Of a DNA stretch of 64,000 nt, positions 8,321-18,242 are shown in pieces. The DNA lies in NCBI GenBank assembly GCA_013286045.1, contig JABDGM010000011.1, forward strand, positions 1,944 to 65,943, written 5' to 3'. How positions within the stretch are numbered: position 1 is the first letter of the stretch; each line of letters opens with the position of its first letter. Below the pieces are notes generated by a model, which saw nothing but the letters and a program-made list of their open reading frames with translations, was not told where the DNA came from and ran no database searches. Origin of the DNA: Planctomycetota bacterium (GTDB lineage: Bacteria; Planctomycetota; Planctomycetia; Pirellulales; Lacipirellulaceae). The position numbers and the translations under genes were made by a program.

Positions 8321-10966
8321 ATGATTGGACTTGAACTCACGCGCCCCTGGCTCCTTCTGACGCTCGTCGTCGCGTTGCCGCTACTGCTGTACTATTTCTA
8401 CCACAGCTTAAGCGACTTTCCGCGACCACAAAGGATCGTATCGCTCATCGTCCGCTGCTGCCTCGTTGCCCTCGTGGTTCTCGCTCTAGCTGGCCTAACG
8501 CTCCTTCACTCTACGAAGGAAAAATTCACAATCTTCGCCGTCGATCAGAGCACCAGCGTCGGTGATAACGCAGCGAAGGCAGCTGAAGAATTTCTCAAAA
8601 CAGCCGCCGCCAATATCGGCGATAACAAGATTGTCTTCATGCCGTTCGCCGCCGGCACGGGACTCGTCCAGGATTCGCCAATCGAGTTCGGCGAACATCC
8701 TTCAATTCTACGGCAGGCAGCCAAGCCGATGGATGCGCCGGCAAACGCCGCCGAGAAAGGTCCTCCGGCGACGACTCCACCCGACCAACACGAACCGAAT
8801 TCTACACTCCGCGATGGCACCAACCTGGCCGCGGCGATCGAAACCGCGGCCGGCTATTTGCCGACGGGGTACGTACCGCAAATCGTGCTCGTCACCGATG
8901 GCGTCGAGACTGCGGGCGACGCACTCGCCGCCGCAACTCGCGGCGGAGTGCCAATCTCCACCTTTCCACTTCCAGCACGCACAGATCCAGAAGTGCAGGT
9001 CTCCAAAGTCTCGGTGCCCGCCGAAGTCCGCCAAGGCGAGCCGTTCTTCGTCGCTGTCACGATCGACTCGAATCACGACGATGAAGGCCTCGTCGAGATC
9101 TACCGCGGCGACCACAAGGTCATCGGCGAGAAGCGCAAACTCAACGTCGGCGAGAACACGTTTCGGTTTCAGCAATCAATCGATCGCGAGCGATTGGCCG
9201 CCTACAGCGTCCGCGTCTCGCAACTCGCCCACGATACGCTTCTCGATAACAACATGGATTCCGGGCTGGTCTTCGCCTCCGGCAAGCCGCGCGTGCTGAT
9301 TGTCGAGAGCGACCCGAATCTCATTCGTGACCTCGCTTACAGCTTGGAGGAATCCGGGATTCAAACCGATGTCCGTCCTCCGCAGGGTATGCCCGATACG
9401 CTCGCCGACCTTCAGAATTATGAATTAGTCGCAATCTCAAACGTCCCCGCCACAGCTCTCTCGCAGCGGCAAATGGAAGTCCTGCGAACGTACGTGCAAG
9501 ACCTAGGCGGCGGCCTCATCATGCTCGGCGGCGAGCAATCATTCGGCCTCGGTGGTTATTACAAAAGTACGCTCGAAGAGATTCTTCCCGTCCGAAGCGA
9601 TTTCGAGAAAGAAAAAGAAAAGCCATCGATCGGTATGGTGATCGTAATCGATAAGTCCGGGTCCATGGATGGCGACAAAATCGAAATGGCGAAAACGGCC
9701 GCCCGCAGTGCCATCGAGTTGCTCGGCCGGCGTGATCAAGCGGCGGTAATCGCCTTCGACGGAGACACGTACCTCATCTGCGAAATGCAATCCGCGAACA
9801 ACAAATCGAAGCTCAGCGACGAAATCGGCCGAATCGACGCCGGCGGCGGTACTGTAATGTATCCGGCCATGGAAATGGCGAACGACATCCTAATGGCCAC
9901 CAACGCCAAGCTGAAGCACGTCATTATTTTGACGGACGGTATTTCGAGCCCCGGCGATTTCGAAGGCCTTGCCCAGCAAATGGCGTCAAACAAAATCACG
10001 CTCTCCACCGTCGGAGTAGGCAGCGACGCCGACGGCGCACTTTTGGAAACAATCGCGCACGTGGGCAAGGGACGTTATTACTTTACGGAAGACCCGGCTC
10101 AAATTCCGCAGATCTTCGCGCGCGAAACGGTCACTGCCAGCAAGTCCGCCATCGACGAGCAGCCCTTCTTGCCGCAAGTCGTCCGTGCTACTCATGCACT
10201 GGCAGATATCGACATGCAGTCCGCGCCCTTCCTGCTCGGTTATGTAATGACTCGCCCAAAGCCCACGTGTGAGGTAATCCTCGCAACGGAAAAAGGTGAT
10301 CCGCTGCTCGCCTGGTGGCGATACGGTCTCGGCATGACCGCCGCCTTTACGAGCGACGCCAAATCCCGCTGGGCCGCGGAATGGCTTACTTGGCCTGGCT
10401 TCGGCAAGTTCTGGACGCAGATCGTTCGCCAAACCATGCGTAAGAGCGATGCTCGCGGAATCGCCGTCGATGTGGCGCGCCACGGATCTGACACAAAACT
10501 CTCTGTCGACGCGGTCGACGAAGCCGGAGAGTTTCTCAATGATTCGGAAATTGAACTTACAACGATTGATCCGCAGATGAAGCAGGAAAAATCCAAATTA
10601 AAACAAACTGCCCCTGGCCAATATTTGGCAAGCCTGGCCACGGCGAAACCCGGCGCTTACCACTTAGAACTTACGCTCAAGCGCAACGACAAAGTCCTTT
10701 ATCGCCAATCTCGCGGCTTGACGGTCGGGTACAGCGATGAACTCAGGATTCGCCCCACGAATGAAAAACTGCTAAGAGAAATCGCCAGCGCTTCCGGCGG
10801 CGCCTATTCACCAAATCCGGCAGAACTGTACAAAGATGACGGACGCACTGCGAGGCGACCCACGCCGCTCGTAACGCCGTTGCTCTCGCTCGCAACTCTA
10901 CTCTTGGTCTTCGACGTGGCGCTACGCCGCATCGATTTCAGCCTGCACTGGCCTTTCCGCCGCTAG
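8321..10966 (+). CDS. Large membrane-anchored vWA domain protein (BatA/BatB-like)
   Basis: N-terminal TM pair (WLLLTLVVALPLLLYYF..., CCLVALVVLALAGLTLL). vWA MIDAS motif VIVIDKSGSMDGDKIEMAKTAARSAIELL. C-terminal TM (LLSLATLLLVFDVAL). It is the last gene of the MoxR operon. Confidence 0.8.
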   Translation: MIGLELTRPWLLLTLVVALPLLLYYFYHSLSDFPRPQRIVSLIVRCCLVALVVLALAGLTLLHSTKEKFTIFAVDQSTSVGDNAAKAAEEFLKTAAANIGDNKIVFMPFAAGTGLVQDSPIEFGEHPSILRQAAKPMDAPANAAEKGPPATTPPDQHEPNSTLRDGTNLAAAIETAAGYLPTGYVPQIVLVTDGVETAGDALAAATRGGVPISTFPLPARTDPEVQVSKVSVPAEVRQGEPFFVAVTIDSNHDDEGLVEIYRGDHKVIGEKRKLNVGENTFRFQQSIDRERLAAYSVRVSQLAHDTLLDNNMDSGLVFASGKPRVLIVESDPNLIRDLAYSLEESGIQTDVRPPQGMPDTLADLQNYELVAISNVPATALSQRQMEVLRTYVQDLGGGLIMLGGEQSFGLGGYYKSTLEEILPVRSDFEKEKEKPSIGMVIVIDKSGSMDGDKIEMAKTAARSAIELLGRRDQAAVIAFDGDTYLICEMQSANNKSKLSDEIGRIDAGGGTVMYPAMEMANDILMATNAKLKHVIILTDGISSPGDFEGLAQQMASNKITLSTVGVGSDADGALLETIAHVGKGRYYFTEDPAQIPQIFARETVTASKSAIDEQPFLPQVVRATHALADIDMQSAPFLLGYVMTRPKPTCEVILATEKGDPLLAWWRYGLGMTAAFTSDAKSRWAAEWLTWPGFGKFWTQIVRQTMRKSDARGIAVDVARHGSDTKLSVDAVDEAGEFLNDSEIELTTIDPQMKQEKSKLKQTAPGQYLASLATAKPGAYHLELTLKRNDKVLYRQSRGLTVGYSDELRIRPTNEKLLREIASASGGAYSPNPAELYKDDGRTARRPTPLVTPLLSLATLLLVFDVALRRIDFSLHWPFRR

Positions 10967-11580
10967 TTCACTTTCGGACAGGTGGCTTAAGTGACCAATC
11001 TACAACGGCACAGTTGAAGTCGGCAGCGGCGACGAATCCAAACACGCCGGCAGCCGGAGCGTTCAGACGCCAAGAATTGCCAAATTTCCAAGTATAAAGT
11101 AACGATCGCCGTAGTATCGTCGACTCCAGTAAGCTTTGTATCGCTCGGATTCGAGGATATTGGCGGCGATGGCCTCTGCATAAGTCACCTCGTCGCTATC
11201 TGATCGGATGCCGGCGTTTTGCTGACCTCGACAACTGTCACCCCGGCAGCCGCGCTCGGCGAGGATAACTTCGGCTATGTTTCCATACCCTCTCGATTAC
11301 GCTCAATCCCGACACCTATCGCATCGGGGCGGAGATAACTAGTGCAAAGCGCCTGTGCAATATAAAGTCGTCGCTACATCCAACACTAAATCGGGTTTGC
11401 CTCCAGTCCCTCACCTCTGAGCTTGCGCACTCGGCGGCAATGTAAGCGCACAATGACGAACCGTCGAATGGTGCGTAGTTCTCACGTAAGATGTTGCGCT
11501 GAATTGATATAGATGAAAAAGGCCTCTCTTGCACGCATAAACAATTAGACCAAGTAGCATGGCGAAAAAAGTTGTGGCGA

Positions 11581-12705
11581 TCAGCGAGGGCGCCGACTGA
11601 ACCGCCCGCAGATACGTAAAAGCGACACGAACAACCCGCCGGTGACAAGTGCGTACGACGATGGTTCGGGGACTGGAGTCCACATCACTGCATACGTGTT
11701 GCCACTTGGATCGGTGGCATTTCCAACGATAACGCCGGCGTCGGAAATTCCATAGGCGATGGAATTCATCAACGTTGGATCAACCGCCGATAGGAAAGGT
11801 TGCAGGTCGAGCGCACTGGCAGCGGAACCTTGCCAGAGGAAAGCATGCGTGCTAGTTAAGCTTGTGGCCAAGCCGACCTGGCCAGCGGATGATACTCCGT
11901 AAGCGGCGGATGAATAGAATCCCATCGGATTCAAATCGACGGCACTTGCCGCCGTGCCGTGCCAGACGATTGCATGTTCGTAATCATTGCTTGCCGCGGC
12001 GTTGCCCACCTGGACCGAACCGGAGATACCGAAGGCTTGAGAGCTAACATAACCGGCCGGATTCAGATCGGCGACGCTGGCAGCAGTGCCGCTCCAGAGG
12101 AAAGCGTGTTCGTCCCCGCCAGTCGCAGTCCCGAAGCCGAAACCTACTTGCTGCGAACCCGAGACGCCCCAGGCGTCGGAATAGACAACGCCGGAGGGTT
12201 GTAAGTCGATGGCGCTCGCGGCAGTGCCATTCCACAGCAGTGCGTGATGAAATCCGTCTGCCAATGCTTCGCCGTAGCCCACCTGATTGGAACCGGAGAT
12301 GCCGAAACCGTACGATTGCGCGAATCCGTCGGGATGCAAATCAACGGCGCTGGCTGCGCTGCCGTGCCACAAGACGGCGTGATATCGGCCGGTGTCTGTG
12401 ACGGCGGGATAACCAATCTGGTTTGCGCCGTTTGCACCATAGAGAAACGAGTAGGTGTAACCGATCGGATTCAAATCGATGGCGCTCGCGGGTGTGCCGG
12501 ACCATAACAGGGCGTGCGTTTCATAGCCGCCTCCGTTCACGCGGCCCCAGCCGACTTGGCTTGCAATGGCGGAGCCTGTGCCTTGTGTTTGCAGATAACC
12601 TGGCGGTTAAAGAATCGTAGCGATGTAGGCGACCGCATCGGCGCGACTCGCAGTTATGAAAATTAGCAGAGCGAATAGAAAGGAGCGAAAAATACATGCC
12701 TTCAT
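11581..12705 (-). pseudogene. HAF-type extracellular repeat protein with PEP-CTERM anchor, interrupted by an in-frame TAA
   Basis: Track ORFs 12607..12807 and 11581..12540 share one frame. They are separated only by a TAA at 12607-12609. I translated the 22 codons between them and found no stop (PPGYLQTQGTGSAIASQVGWGR). The upstream piece supplies a signal peptide (MKACIFRSFLFALLIFITASRADA, ATG at 12705). The downstream piece has about 7 repeats of ~47 aa (HALLWSGTPASAIDLNP.., HAVLWHGSAASAVDLHP.., EHAFLWSGTAASVADLNP..) and ends in VPEPSSYALVTGGLFVSLL..RRPR. Confidence 0.7.
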
Positions 12706-12910
12706 TAGCGCACCTGAGGGCTGGCAATTGGATTCAACGGAACAGTTCGACGCGATAGATTTCTTAGTCTTGATTATAGGCCGGGAAATTGAATAAGAGT
12801 CACACAAAAATCGTTTTCATATGAGATGGCGCATGACAGCGCTAGCGCAATCGTGCCAATCAAGTCTTATAGCTCATTAGCCAATCTCCTACGGTATTAG
12901 TAAAGAGCGG

Positions 12911-13135
12911 TTGCAGAGGACGGATTTGCGCCGACCGTATGTAAGTTGGCGCAAAGGACTGGGCACGACGTACACACAAGCCGACTACGATGTCTGGCGA
13001 GCCCATTTCGATCAAACTGCTGGCGGCGGAACGGGCGCCACGGTGAATTCCGCTGTGCCGGAGCCCGCAAGTGCACTGATGCTTCTCGTTGTATTGCTCG
13101 CGAGGTGCCGTCTCCGTCGCGCGATCGTGTCGTAA
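12911..13135 (+). pseudogene. Orphan C-terminal fragment: dockerin-like segment + PEP-CTERM anchor
   Basis: The ORF encodes only LGTTYTQADYDVWRAHFDQTAGGGTG...VPEPASALMLLVVLLARCRLRR. This is the last ~60 aa typical of planctomycete PEP-CTERM proteins. There is no upstream body or signal peptide, and the start is non-ATG. Confidence 0.45.
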
Positions 13136-13350
13136 ACTCATTCGCGCGTGGCCTTGGTCAACAAACGACTGTATTTGACCTATGCTCCGATGCCTTCCCA
13201 GCCGGAACTTGGCCGATCGTCGCGGCTAGGTCCGCTAGCGACTGACCAGTTCGCAAATTGAGTCGTTTTCGGCGATGGCCGAACCATGTGCTAAAGGAGG
13301 CGATTCCTTGCCCAAATGGCCGAACATGGAGTTGCTTGCGATTGCACACT

Positions 13351-14121
13351 TCATTGGATGACGACGCTCATACCGCCGTCAGCCATTACGATCGCACCGA
13401 CAACGAAGCTGGCTTTGTCAGACGCGAGAAACGCCACCACGTTAGCGATCTCTTCCGGTTGGGCTGCCCGCTTAATCGGCGCTAATTTGCCGTGCTCAGC
13501 GAGAAACTCGCGGCCGTCGTCTCGGAATGTATTGAGTAGATTCGTTACTACATCGCCCGCCCCCACTGCATTGATGCGAATGCCGTGTGCGATCGCCTCC
13601 AGTGCGAGAGTTCGGGTAATCTGGGCGAGCGCACCTTTCGCGGCGGCGTAGGCTGAAATCCCGGGAAACGTGAAGAAGCAAGCGTATGAGCCGATATTAA
13701 CGATAGCGCCGCTCTGATTCGGAATCATCGCTTTCAGCGCTTCGCGCGAATGGAGAAAGAGACCCGTCGCCGAGATGTTAATAATGGAATTCCACTCGTC
13801 GAGGCTCATGTCGACCGCATTTTTGTAGACGATGCTCGCTGCATTGTTCACGAGGATGTCGAGCCTACCGAATCGCTCAACCGCGAGTTCGACAACCTCT
13901 TTAGCTGCTGACTCTGTCGCAACGTCTCCAACGAACGGCACGATACCATCATGATCCCCAAAAATGTCGTTCACGCTGGGATTAATGTCCTCGGCCACGA
14001 CCGAAGCACCTTCGGCTGCGAACAACTTGGCTGTTGCTAAGCCGATACCGCTAGCGGCACCTGTGACAATGACCACCTTGCCTTCAAACTCACCGTTCTT
14101 CTTTTCAAATGAAGTGCTCAT
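13351..14121 (-). CDS. Short-chain dehydrogenase/reductase (SDR) family oxidoreductase
   Basis: Cofactor-binding motif TGAASGIGLATAKLF, NNAA motif, and catalytic YAAAKGAL (YxxxK). The 256 aa length is typical of classical SDRs. Confidence 0.92.
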   Translation of the reverse strand: MSTSFEKKNGEFEGKVVIVTGAASGIGLATAKLFAAEGASVVAEDINPSVNDIFGDHDGIVPFVGDVATESAAKEVVELAVERFGRLDILVNNAASIVYKNAVDMSLDEWNSIINISATGLFLHSREALKAMIPNQSGAIVNIGSYACFFTFPGISAYAAAKGALAQITRTLALEAIAHGIRINAVGAGDVVTNLLNTFRDDGREFLAEHGKLAPIKRAAQPEEIANVVAFLASDKASFVVGAIVMADGGMSVVIQ

Positions 14122-14170
14122 TTACTCCCTCTGCCAAGCGTTTACTTATGCCGCTCCGTGCGCGATATCA

Positions 14171-14542
14171 CTACAGTCGAGAGCCCAAAGTCGCGTCGTA
14201 TGCGACGGCAGCGGCGTGCAATCCATGCATGTGCTTTTTGCTCCACCGCGTAATTTGTTCCAGCAGAGGAAACATCGTCTTTCCCAAACTCATAAGCGAG
14301 TATTTCACATGCGGTGGTATCACTGCAAACTGCCGGCCTTCGATTAGGCCAGATCTCTGCAAGTGACGGAGCTGCTGGGTCAGCATCTTTTGTGTGATAC
14401 CCGGCAACCGCGCACGAAACTCATTGAATCGCAAAGGGCCGTCGGCGAGGTGATGAATACTTCCCACCCTCCACTTGCCGCCGAAGACCTCCATCGCTTC
14501 TTCCGCGGGACAGCACCTCGCGGTCTTATCGATGCGTTTCAT
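14171..14542 (-). CDS. HxlR-family winged-helix transcriptional regulator
   Basis: CPAEEAMEVFGGKWRVGSIHHLADGPLRFNEFRARLPGITQKMLTQQLRHLQRSGLI matches the HxlR signature (CP...G.KW...I...L....RF.EL......I....L...L..L...GL). It lies upstream of the SDR, a common pairing. Confidence 0.88.
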   Translation of the reverse strand: MKRIDKTARCCPAEEAMEVFGGKWRVGSIHHLADGPLRFNEFRARLPGITQKMLTQQLRHLQRSGLIEGRQFAVIPPHVKYSLMSLGKTMFPLLEQITRWSKKHMHGLHAAAVAYDATLGSRL

Positions 14543-14884
14543 TCGGTTTCCTATCGGTGCCTAAGTAACTCATGAGTGCCTTCTTGTTCTCCAGTTCGCA
14601 GACTTATATCCTTCGGATACTGAGTCTCTCCAAGATACCGATGAGCCTAACCGGTTTCGAGGGTGCACACTTCAAACTTCGGTCTAGACCGCACATTGAA
14701 TTGAACGCAGGAACACTTTAGGAGATCGCATATGGGAAATATTCTTTGCCATGATTGCCAGCGACTTGCGCGCCTTGATGCGCATCATAGTAGCCCGTGA
14801 GCGCCCCGCAGTGAGAGCGAAAGAGCGCAGATTTTCGGCGGCACAGCGATTTCGTTTTATGGCTTATGGCACTGACGAGCCGTG

Positions 14885-16930
14885 CTATTTGCCTGCGGCA
14901 GAGCCACTTGCAGAAGCCGAATGAACGCGACCAACCCAACCGCCGCCAGGAGCGAGCTTTATTGTAAGTTTTTCGCTCGTTGAAACTTGCTTCACGGCGT
15001 ACCGAAAATCCTGTCCATTGCGATCAGCATTGGCACCGTCGCTCCATGACTCGAGCGAGTAGCTGCCTTCGGGAAGAAAACTAAGGTCAAGCTTCAACTC
15101 GCGCGGCGTCCAATTCGTCATGGCGCCTACAAACCAGTTATCACCCGAGCGGCGGGCAACGACAGCGTAATCGCCGACCTTGGCATCGAGCGCTTTTGTG
15201 TCGTCCCATACCGTGGGAACTGCGGACAGGAACTTCATACACTCCTTTTCCTTGCGATAACGCGTGGGACTGTCGGCAAGCATTTGCAGCGGGCTTTCAT
15301 AGACCACGTACATTGCCAGCTGATGACAGCGGGTCCCTTCGCTCATCGGCTGGCCGAGGTTCCAGCGCCAACTCTCCTTGTTCGCGTTTGTGAGCGCACC
15401 GGGTGTGAAGTCCATCGGACCTGCAACCATCCGGATGAAAGGTAAGACGAGTTCCTGGTTAGGATTCGCTTTTTCATCCCCCCACTTATATTGCTCCAGC
15501 CCTGTAACGGCTTCGTAACTCATTACGTTCGGGTACTGGCGGCCGAGGCCAGTCGGTTTGCAGGCACCGTGAAAATCGACCAACAGATGATGCTTTGCCG
15601 CTTCACGCGCCACTCGTTCATAAAACTCCATCATCAACTGATCGTCGCGCTGTAGAAAATCTACTTTGATGCCCGCAACTCCAAGCTTCTCAAACTTGTC
15701 GAGCGCCGCATCGAGCTGCGTGTCGAGCGCCTTCCACACAACCCACAGCAAAACGCGAACGTGTTTCTGTTTGCCGTAATCTACGATCTCACGCAGATTC
15801 ACCTCTTTCCTTTCGCTAAGGAGATCGCTCGGATTGGCGCTCCATCCTTCATCCAGGAGTAAGTAATCGAGGTCGTAATCTGACGCAAAGTCGATGAAGT
15901 ATTTGTAAGTCTCTGTATTGATTCCCGCCCGGAAATCTACGCCCGTAAGATTCAAGTCGTTCCACCAGTCCCACGTCACCTTCCCAGGCTTGATCCACGA
16001 CGTATCCGCGAGCTTAAGCGGTGCCGCCAGGTTGAATATGATCTCCGATTGAATGAGCTCGGTATCTTTTTCTGTGATAAGCATCACGCGCCACGGAAAC
16101 TCGCGTTGTCCTTCTGTTTTCGCCAGGTAGGATGCCGCTTTCGTCACGGGAAAATCCCGATCGATCTGGCCGTCGCGCTTGGGCTGCGTTTCGAGAGGAT
16201 AAGGCGCGTACTTGCCGACGAGACCGATCTTGTCTTTACCCGCGCCGCGGAGGAACATACCCGGGTACGAGCGCAGATCGGATTCCGAAATATACACTTT
16301 GCGGCTGTCTTGCAAGTCGACGAGCACGCCCGTCGAGCAAAAGCGTTTCGAATCCACCTCAGCGAGCGGCAGGTATTTATAGACACGTTCCTGGTGCGTA
16401 AAAGTGCTTTCTTCCTCCGGAAACCAGCAGTTGGGGCGACCCGGGAAGATAAATTGAGCGAGTTCATCTTCCACCGTGATTTCGCCGTCGAAGCTCGTTT
16501 TCCAACGGTAGGCGACACCCTCATCGTAAGCGCGAAAGACGATTGCTCCTCCGCCGGCAAATGACAATTCCAGCTCGTTGTACTTTGTCTTGAGTTGCCG
16601 GTATTTCCGAGGAATAACATAGTCGATCGTCTCCGACTCCGACTTCTCACTAGCCTTCGGTGATCCTTGTTGCTTTCCAAGCCAATCGTGGCCAGCGATT
16701 TTCAGATCGATCTTTGACGGCGCTATGACCTCACTTCCATGAAGCGTCACCGAGTACTGGATACCTTCCTTCTGCTCGATTCGCATCTCGAGCCGGTCGG
16801 AGGGAGACTTCAGAGTCCACGAACTGTCGGCCGCTGCGCCTTCGCTAACGCTAATAACAAAAAGCACTGCAGCAACGAGCACTCGCCATGCGATTGAGGC
16901 GCAAGCGTTTAAAGTCAAATTCATTTTCAT
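14885..16930 (-). CDS. Glycoside hydrolase family 97 (alpha-glucosidase/alpha-galactosidase type), secreted
   Basis: Signal peptide, then a GH97-like core: GIKVDFLQRDDQLMMEFYERVAREAAKHHLLVDFHGACKPTGLGRQYPNVMSYEAVTGLEQYKW. The ~680 aa length fits the three-domain GH97 layout. Confidence 0.85.
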   Translation of the reverse strand: MKMNLTLNACASIAWRVLVAAVLFVISVSEGAAADSSWTLKSPSDRLEMRIEQKEGIQYSVTLHGSEVIAPSKIDLKIAGHDWLGKQQGSPKASEKSESETIDYVIPRKYRQLKTKYNELELSFAGGGAIVFRAYDEGVAYRWKTSFDGEITVEDELAQFIFPGRPNCWFPEEESTFTHQERVYKYLPLAEVDSKRFCSTGVLVDLQDSRKVYISESDLRSYPGMFLRGAGKDKIGLVGKYAPYPLETQPKRDGQIDRDFPVTKAASYLAKTEGQREFPWRVMLITEKDTELIQSEIIFNLAAPLKLADTSWIKPGKVTWDWWNDLNLTGVDFRAGINTETYKYFIDFASDYDLDYLLLDEGWSANPSDLLSERKEVNLREIVDYGKQKHVRVLLWVVWKALDTQLDAALDKFEKLGVAGIKVDFLQRDDQLMMEFYERVAREAAKHHLLVDFHGACKPTGLGRQYPNVMSYEAVTGLEQYKWGDEKANPNQELVLPFIRMVAGPMDFTPGALTNANKESWRWNLGQPMSEGTRCHQLAMYVVYESPLQMLADSPTRYRKEKECMKFLSAVPTVWDDTKALDAKVGDYAVVARRSGDNWFVGAMTNWTPRELKLDLSFLPEGSYSLESWSDGANADRNGQDFRYAVKQVSTSEKLTIKLAPGGGWVGRVHSASASGSAAGK

Positions 16931-17089
16931 TTCGCGAGTGTGCCCTTCGATTCCGCCGATTCCCGGCGGGCTAACTTTATTTTAGCTAACTTGCGGCCGC
17001 GCAGCACAAAAATAGATCCCTCGCAGGATTGCCGACCTGCCCCGGTCGATTTCCTGCGAGGGACTGCGATGGTAGACGTCTGTCCACAC

Positions 17090-18193
17090 TTAGCCGCGTC
17101 TTTTTCGAAGCCCACCAACGGCCAGCGTTGCAACCGAGACGAGCCCGAGAATCGATGGCTCCGGCACTGCGGCAAAGACCTGCAGTTCCGAAAACGCCAG
17201 ATACGAATCACCCGTCGTTTCCACACGTAGAAATCTGCCCGCAATGCCGGTGAAATCGATCGTGTGATCATAACCAGGTGTCGCTCCATTCACGTCGGAA
17301 TTATCCACGATGGCTGAAGCGACGACGTTCATTAAACTGTCGAGCACTGACACTTTGAATTCGGTTGTCGAATTGACACTGGTGCGCGTAAATAGCTCGG
17401 CATAAGACAGCGGCGTGCTTGCGCCGAGATCGACTTCCCAAAATTCACCTACACTGTGATTCGACGAATGGTAAACAGAGCCGGCATTGAAATCACCCGT
17501 GATATTGCCATCATTGCCGGCCGTGATCACTGCCCCAAAGCCGGGCGGCGAGGATGTCGTCACCGGCTTGCCAACGGCAATGTTGCTCGCCTCTGTGTAT
17601 TTCAGCGCAGTCGACGAGCCGATTACTTCCATTTCTGCAAACGTCATCCAGTAGTTATTATCGAGCCGCGTAACGCGAGCGAACCGCCCCTTGGCGCCGC
17701 CAGCCGCTGCCGCACCCGGATCGACCGTGGCGAAAGAGTCGCCGAAATAGGAACCGTTATAGTTTCGAGAGAACGAAGGGGTGGCTGCCGGATTTCCCGT
17801 GCCATCGTCCGGAAAGATCGAAAGATTGAAGTTGCCAAAGATATTCTGATCCGAGTCGGTGCGAGGCAAAAATTGAATGCGGTTGATGTAATCGTCCTGT
17901 CCGAGATCGACTTGATAGAAATAGGATGTGGCGCCTGGCGTCGGGTCGGCATTTTCATAAAACACCGATCCATTGCCGAAGTTTCCATCTCGATTGCCGT
18001 CCACGCCTTTGTCCGGCGTCCCGCCAAAATCGGTTCTTGTAGAGGTCGCGACCTTGCCCGCGGCCAGGTTCGTCATCCCTGGATCGGCCCAAGCCTGACT
18101 CGATCCGCCTAGCGTCGCCAGCACGCAGAGCGAGAAGCTTAATAACGCAATACACGGACGCCGAAAGATGAAGTTCGCAGCAAACAAGTTCAT
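17090..18193 (-). CDS. Secreted protein with two F5/8 type C (discoidin)-like domains and a PEP-CTERM anchor
   Basis: ATG preceded by a GGAGG Shine-Dalgarno site. Signal peptide present. Two discoidin-like modules (NLAAGKVATS...GVDGNRDGNFGNGSVFYE...YFYQVDLGQDDYINRIQFLPRTD; NIAVGKPVTTSSPPGFGAVITAGNDGN...FWEVDLGASTPLSYAELFTR). C-terminus VPEPSILGLVSVATLAVGGLRKRRG. Confidence 0.8.
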   Translation of the reverse strand: MNLFAANFIFRRPCIALLSFSLCVLATLGGSSQAWADPGMTNLAAGKVATSTRTDFGGTPDKGVDGNRDGNFGNGSVFYENADPTPGATSYFYQVDLGQDDYINRIQFLPRTDSDQNIFGNFNLSIFPDDGTGNPAATPSFSRNYNGSYFGDSFATVDPGAAAAGGAKGRFARVTRLDNNYWMTFAEMEVIGSSTALKYTEASNIAVGKPVTTSSPPGFGAVITAGNDGNITGDFNAGSVYHSSNHSVGEFWEVDLGASTPLSYAELFTRTSVNSTTEFKVSVLDSLMNVVASAIVDNSDVNGATPGYDHTIDFTGIAGRFLRVETTGDSYLAFSELQVFAAVPEPSILGLVSVATLAVGGLRKRRG

Positions 18194-18242
18194 TAGTCAT
18201 TCCTCCCAAAACTGATGCGTTCGTCAGCCGATGTGAGAAAGG

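Noticed and set aside
8562-9299. 245-aa plus-strand ORF inside the vWA gene, in another frame.
   Set aside because: The translation is a Ser/Arg/Pro-rich low-complexity string. The overlapping frame (8321..10966) carries the TM segments and the vWA MIDAS motif.
10967-11580. Possible gene between the vWA operon and the HAF pseudogene (64-aa ORF at 10987..11181; open minus-strand frame ...AEVILAERGCRGDSCRGQQNAG...YYGDRYFILGNLAILGV).
   Set aside because: The longer frame has no usable start codon, and I recognise no family. It is probably non-coding or a decayed fragment.
16049-16680. 171-aa (+) and 178-aa (-) ORFs inside the GH97 gene.
   Set aside because: They are off-frame or antisense to a frame with clear GH97 motifs, and their composition is typical of GC-rich shadow ORFs.
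17456-18112. 218-aa plus-strand ORF antisense to the discoidin/PEP-CTERM gene. Similar ones at 20381..20776 and 21844..22509 are antisense to neighbouring genes.
   Set aside because: The minus-strand frames have signal peptides, domain motifs and SD-preceded starts. The antisense frames have none.
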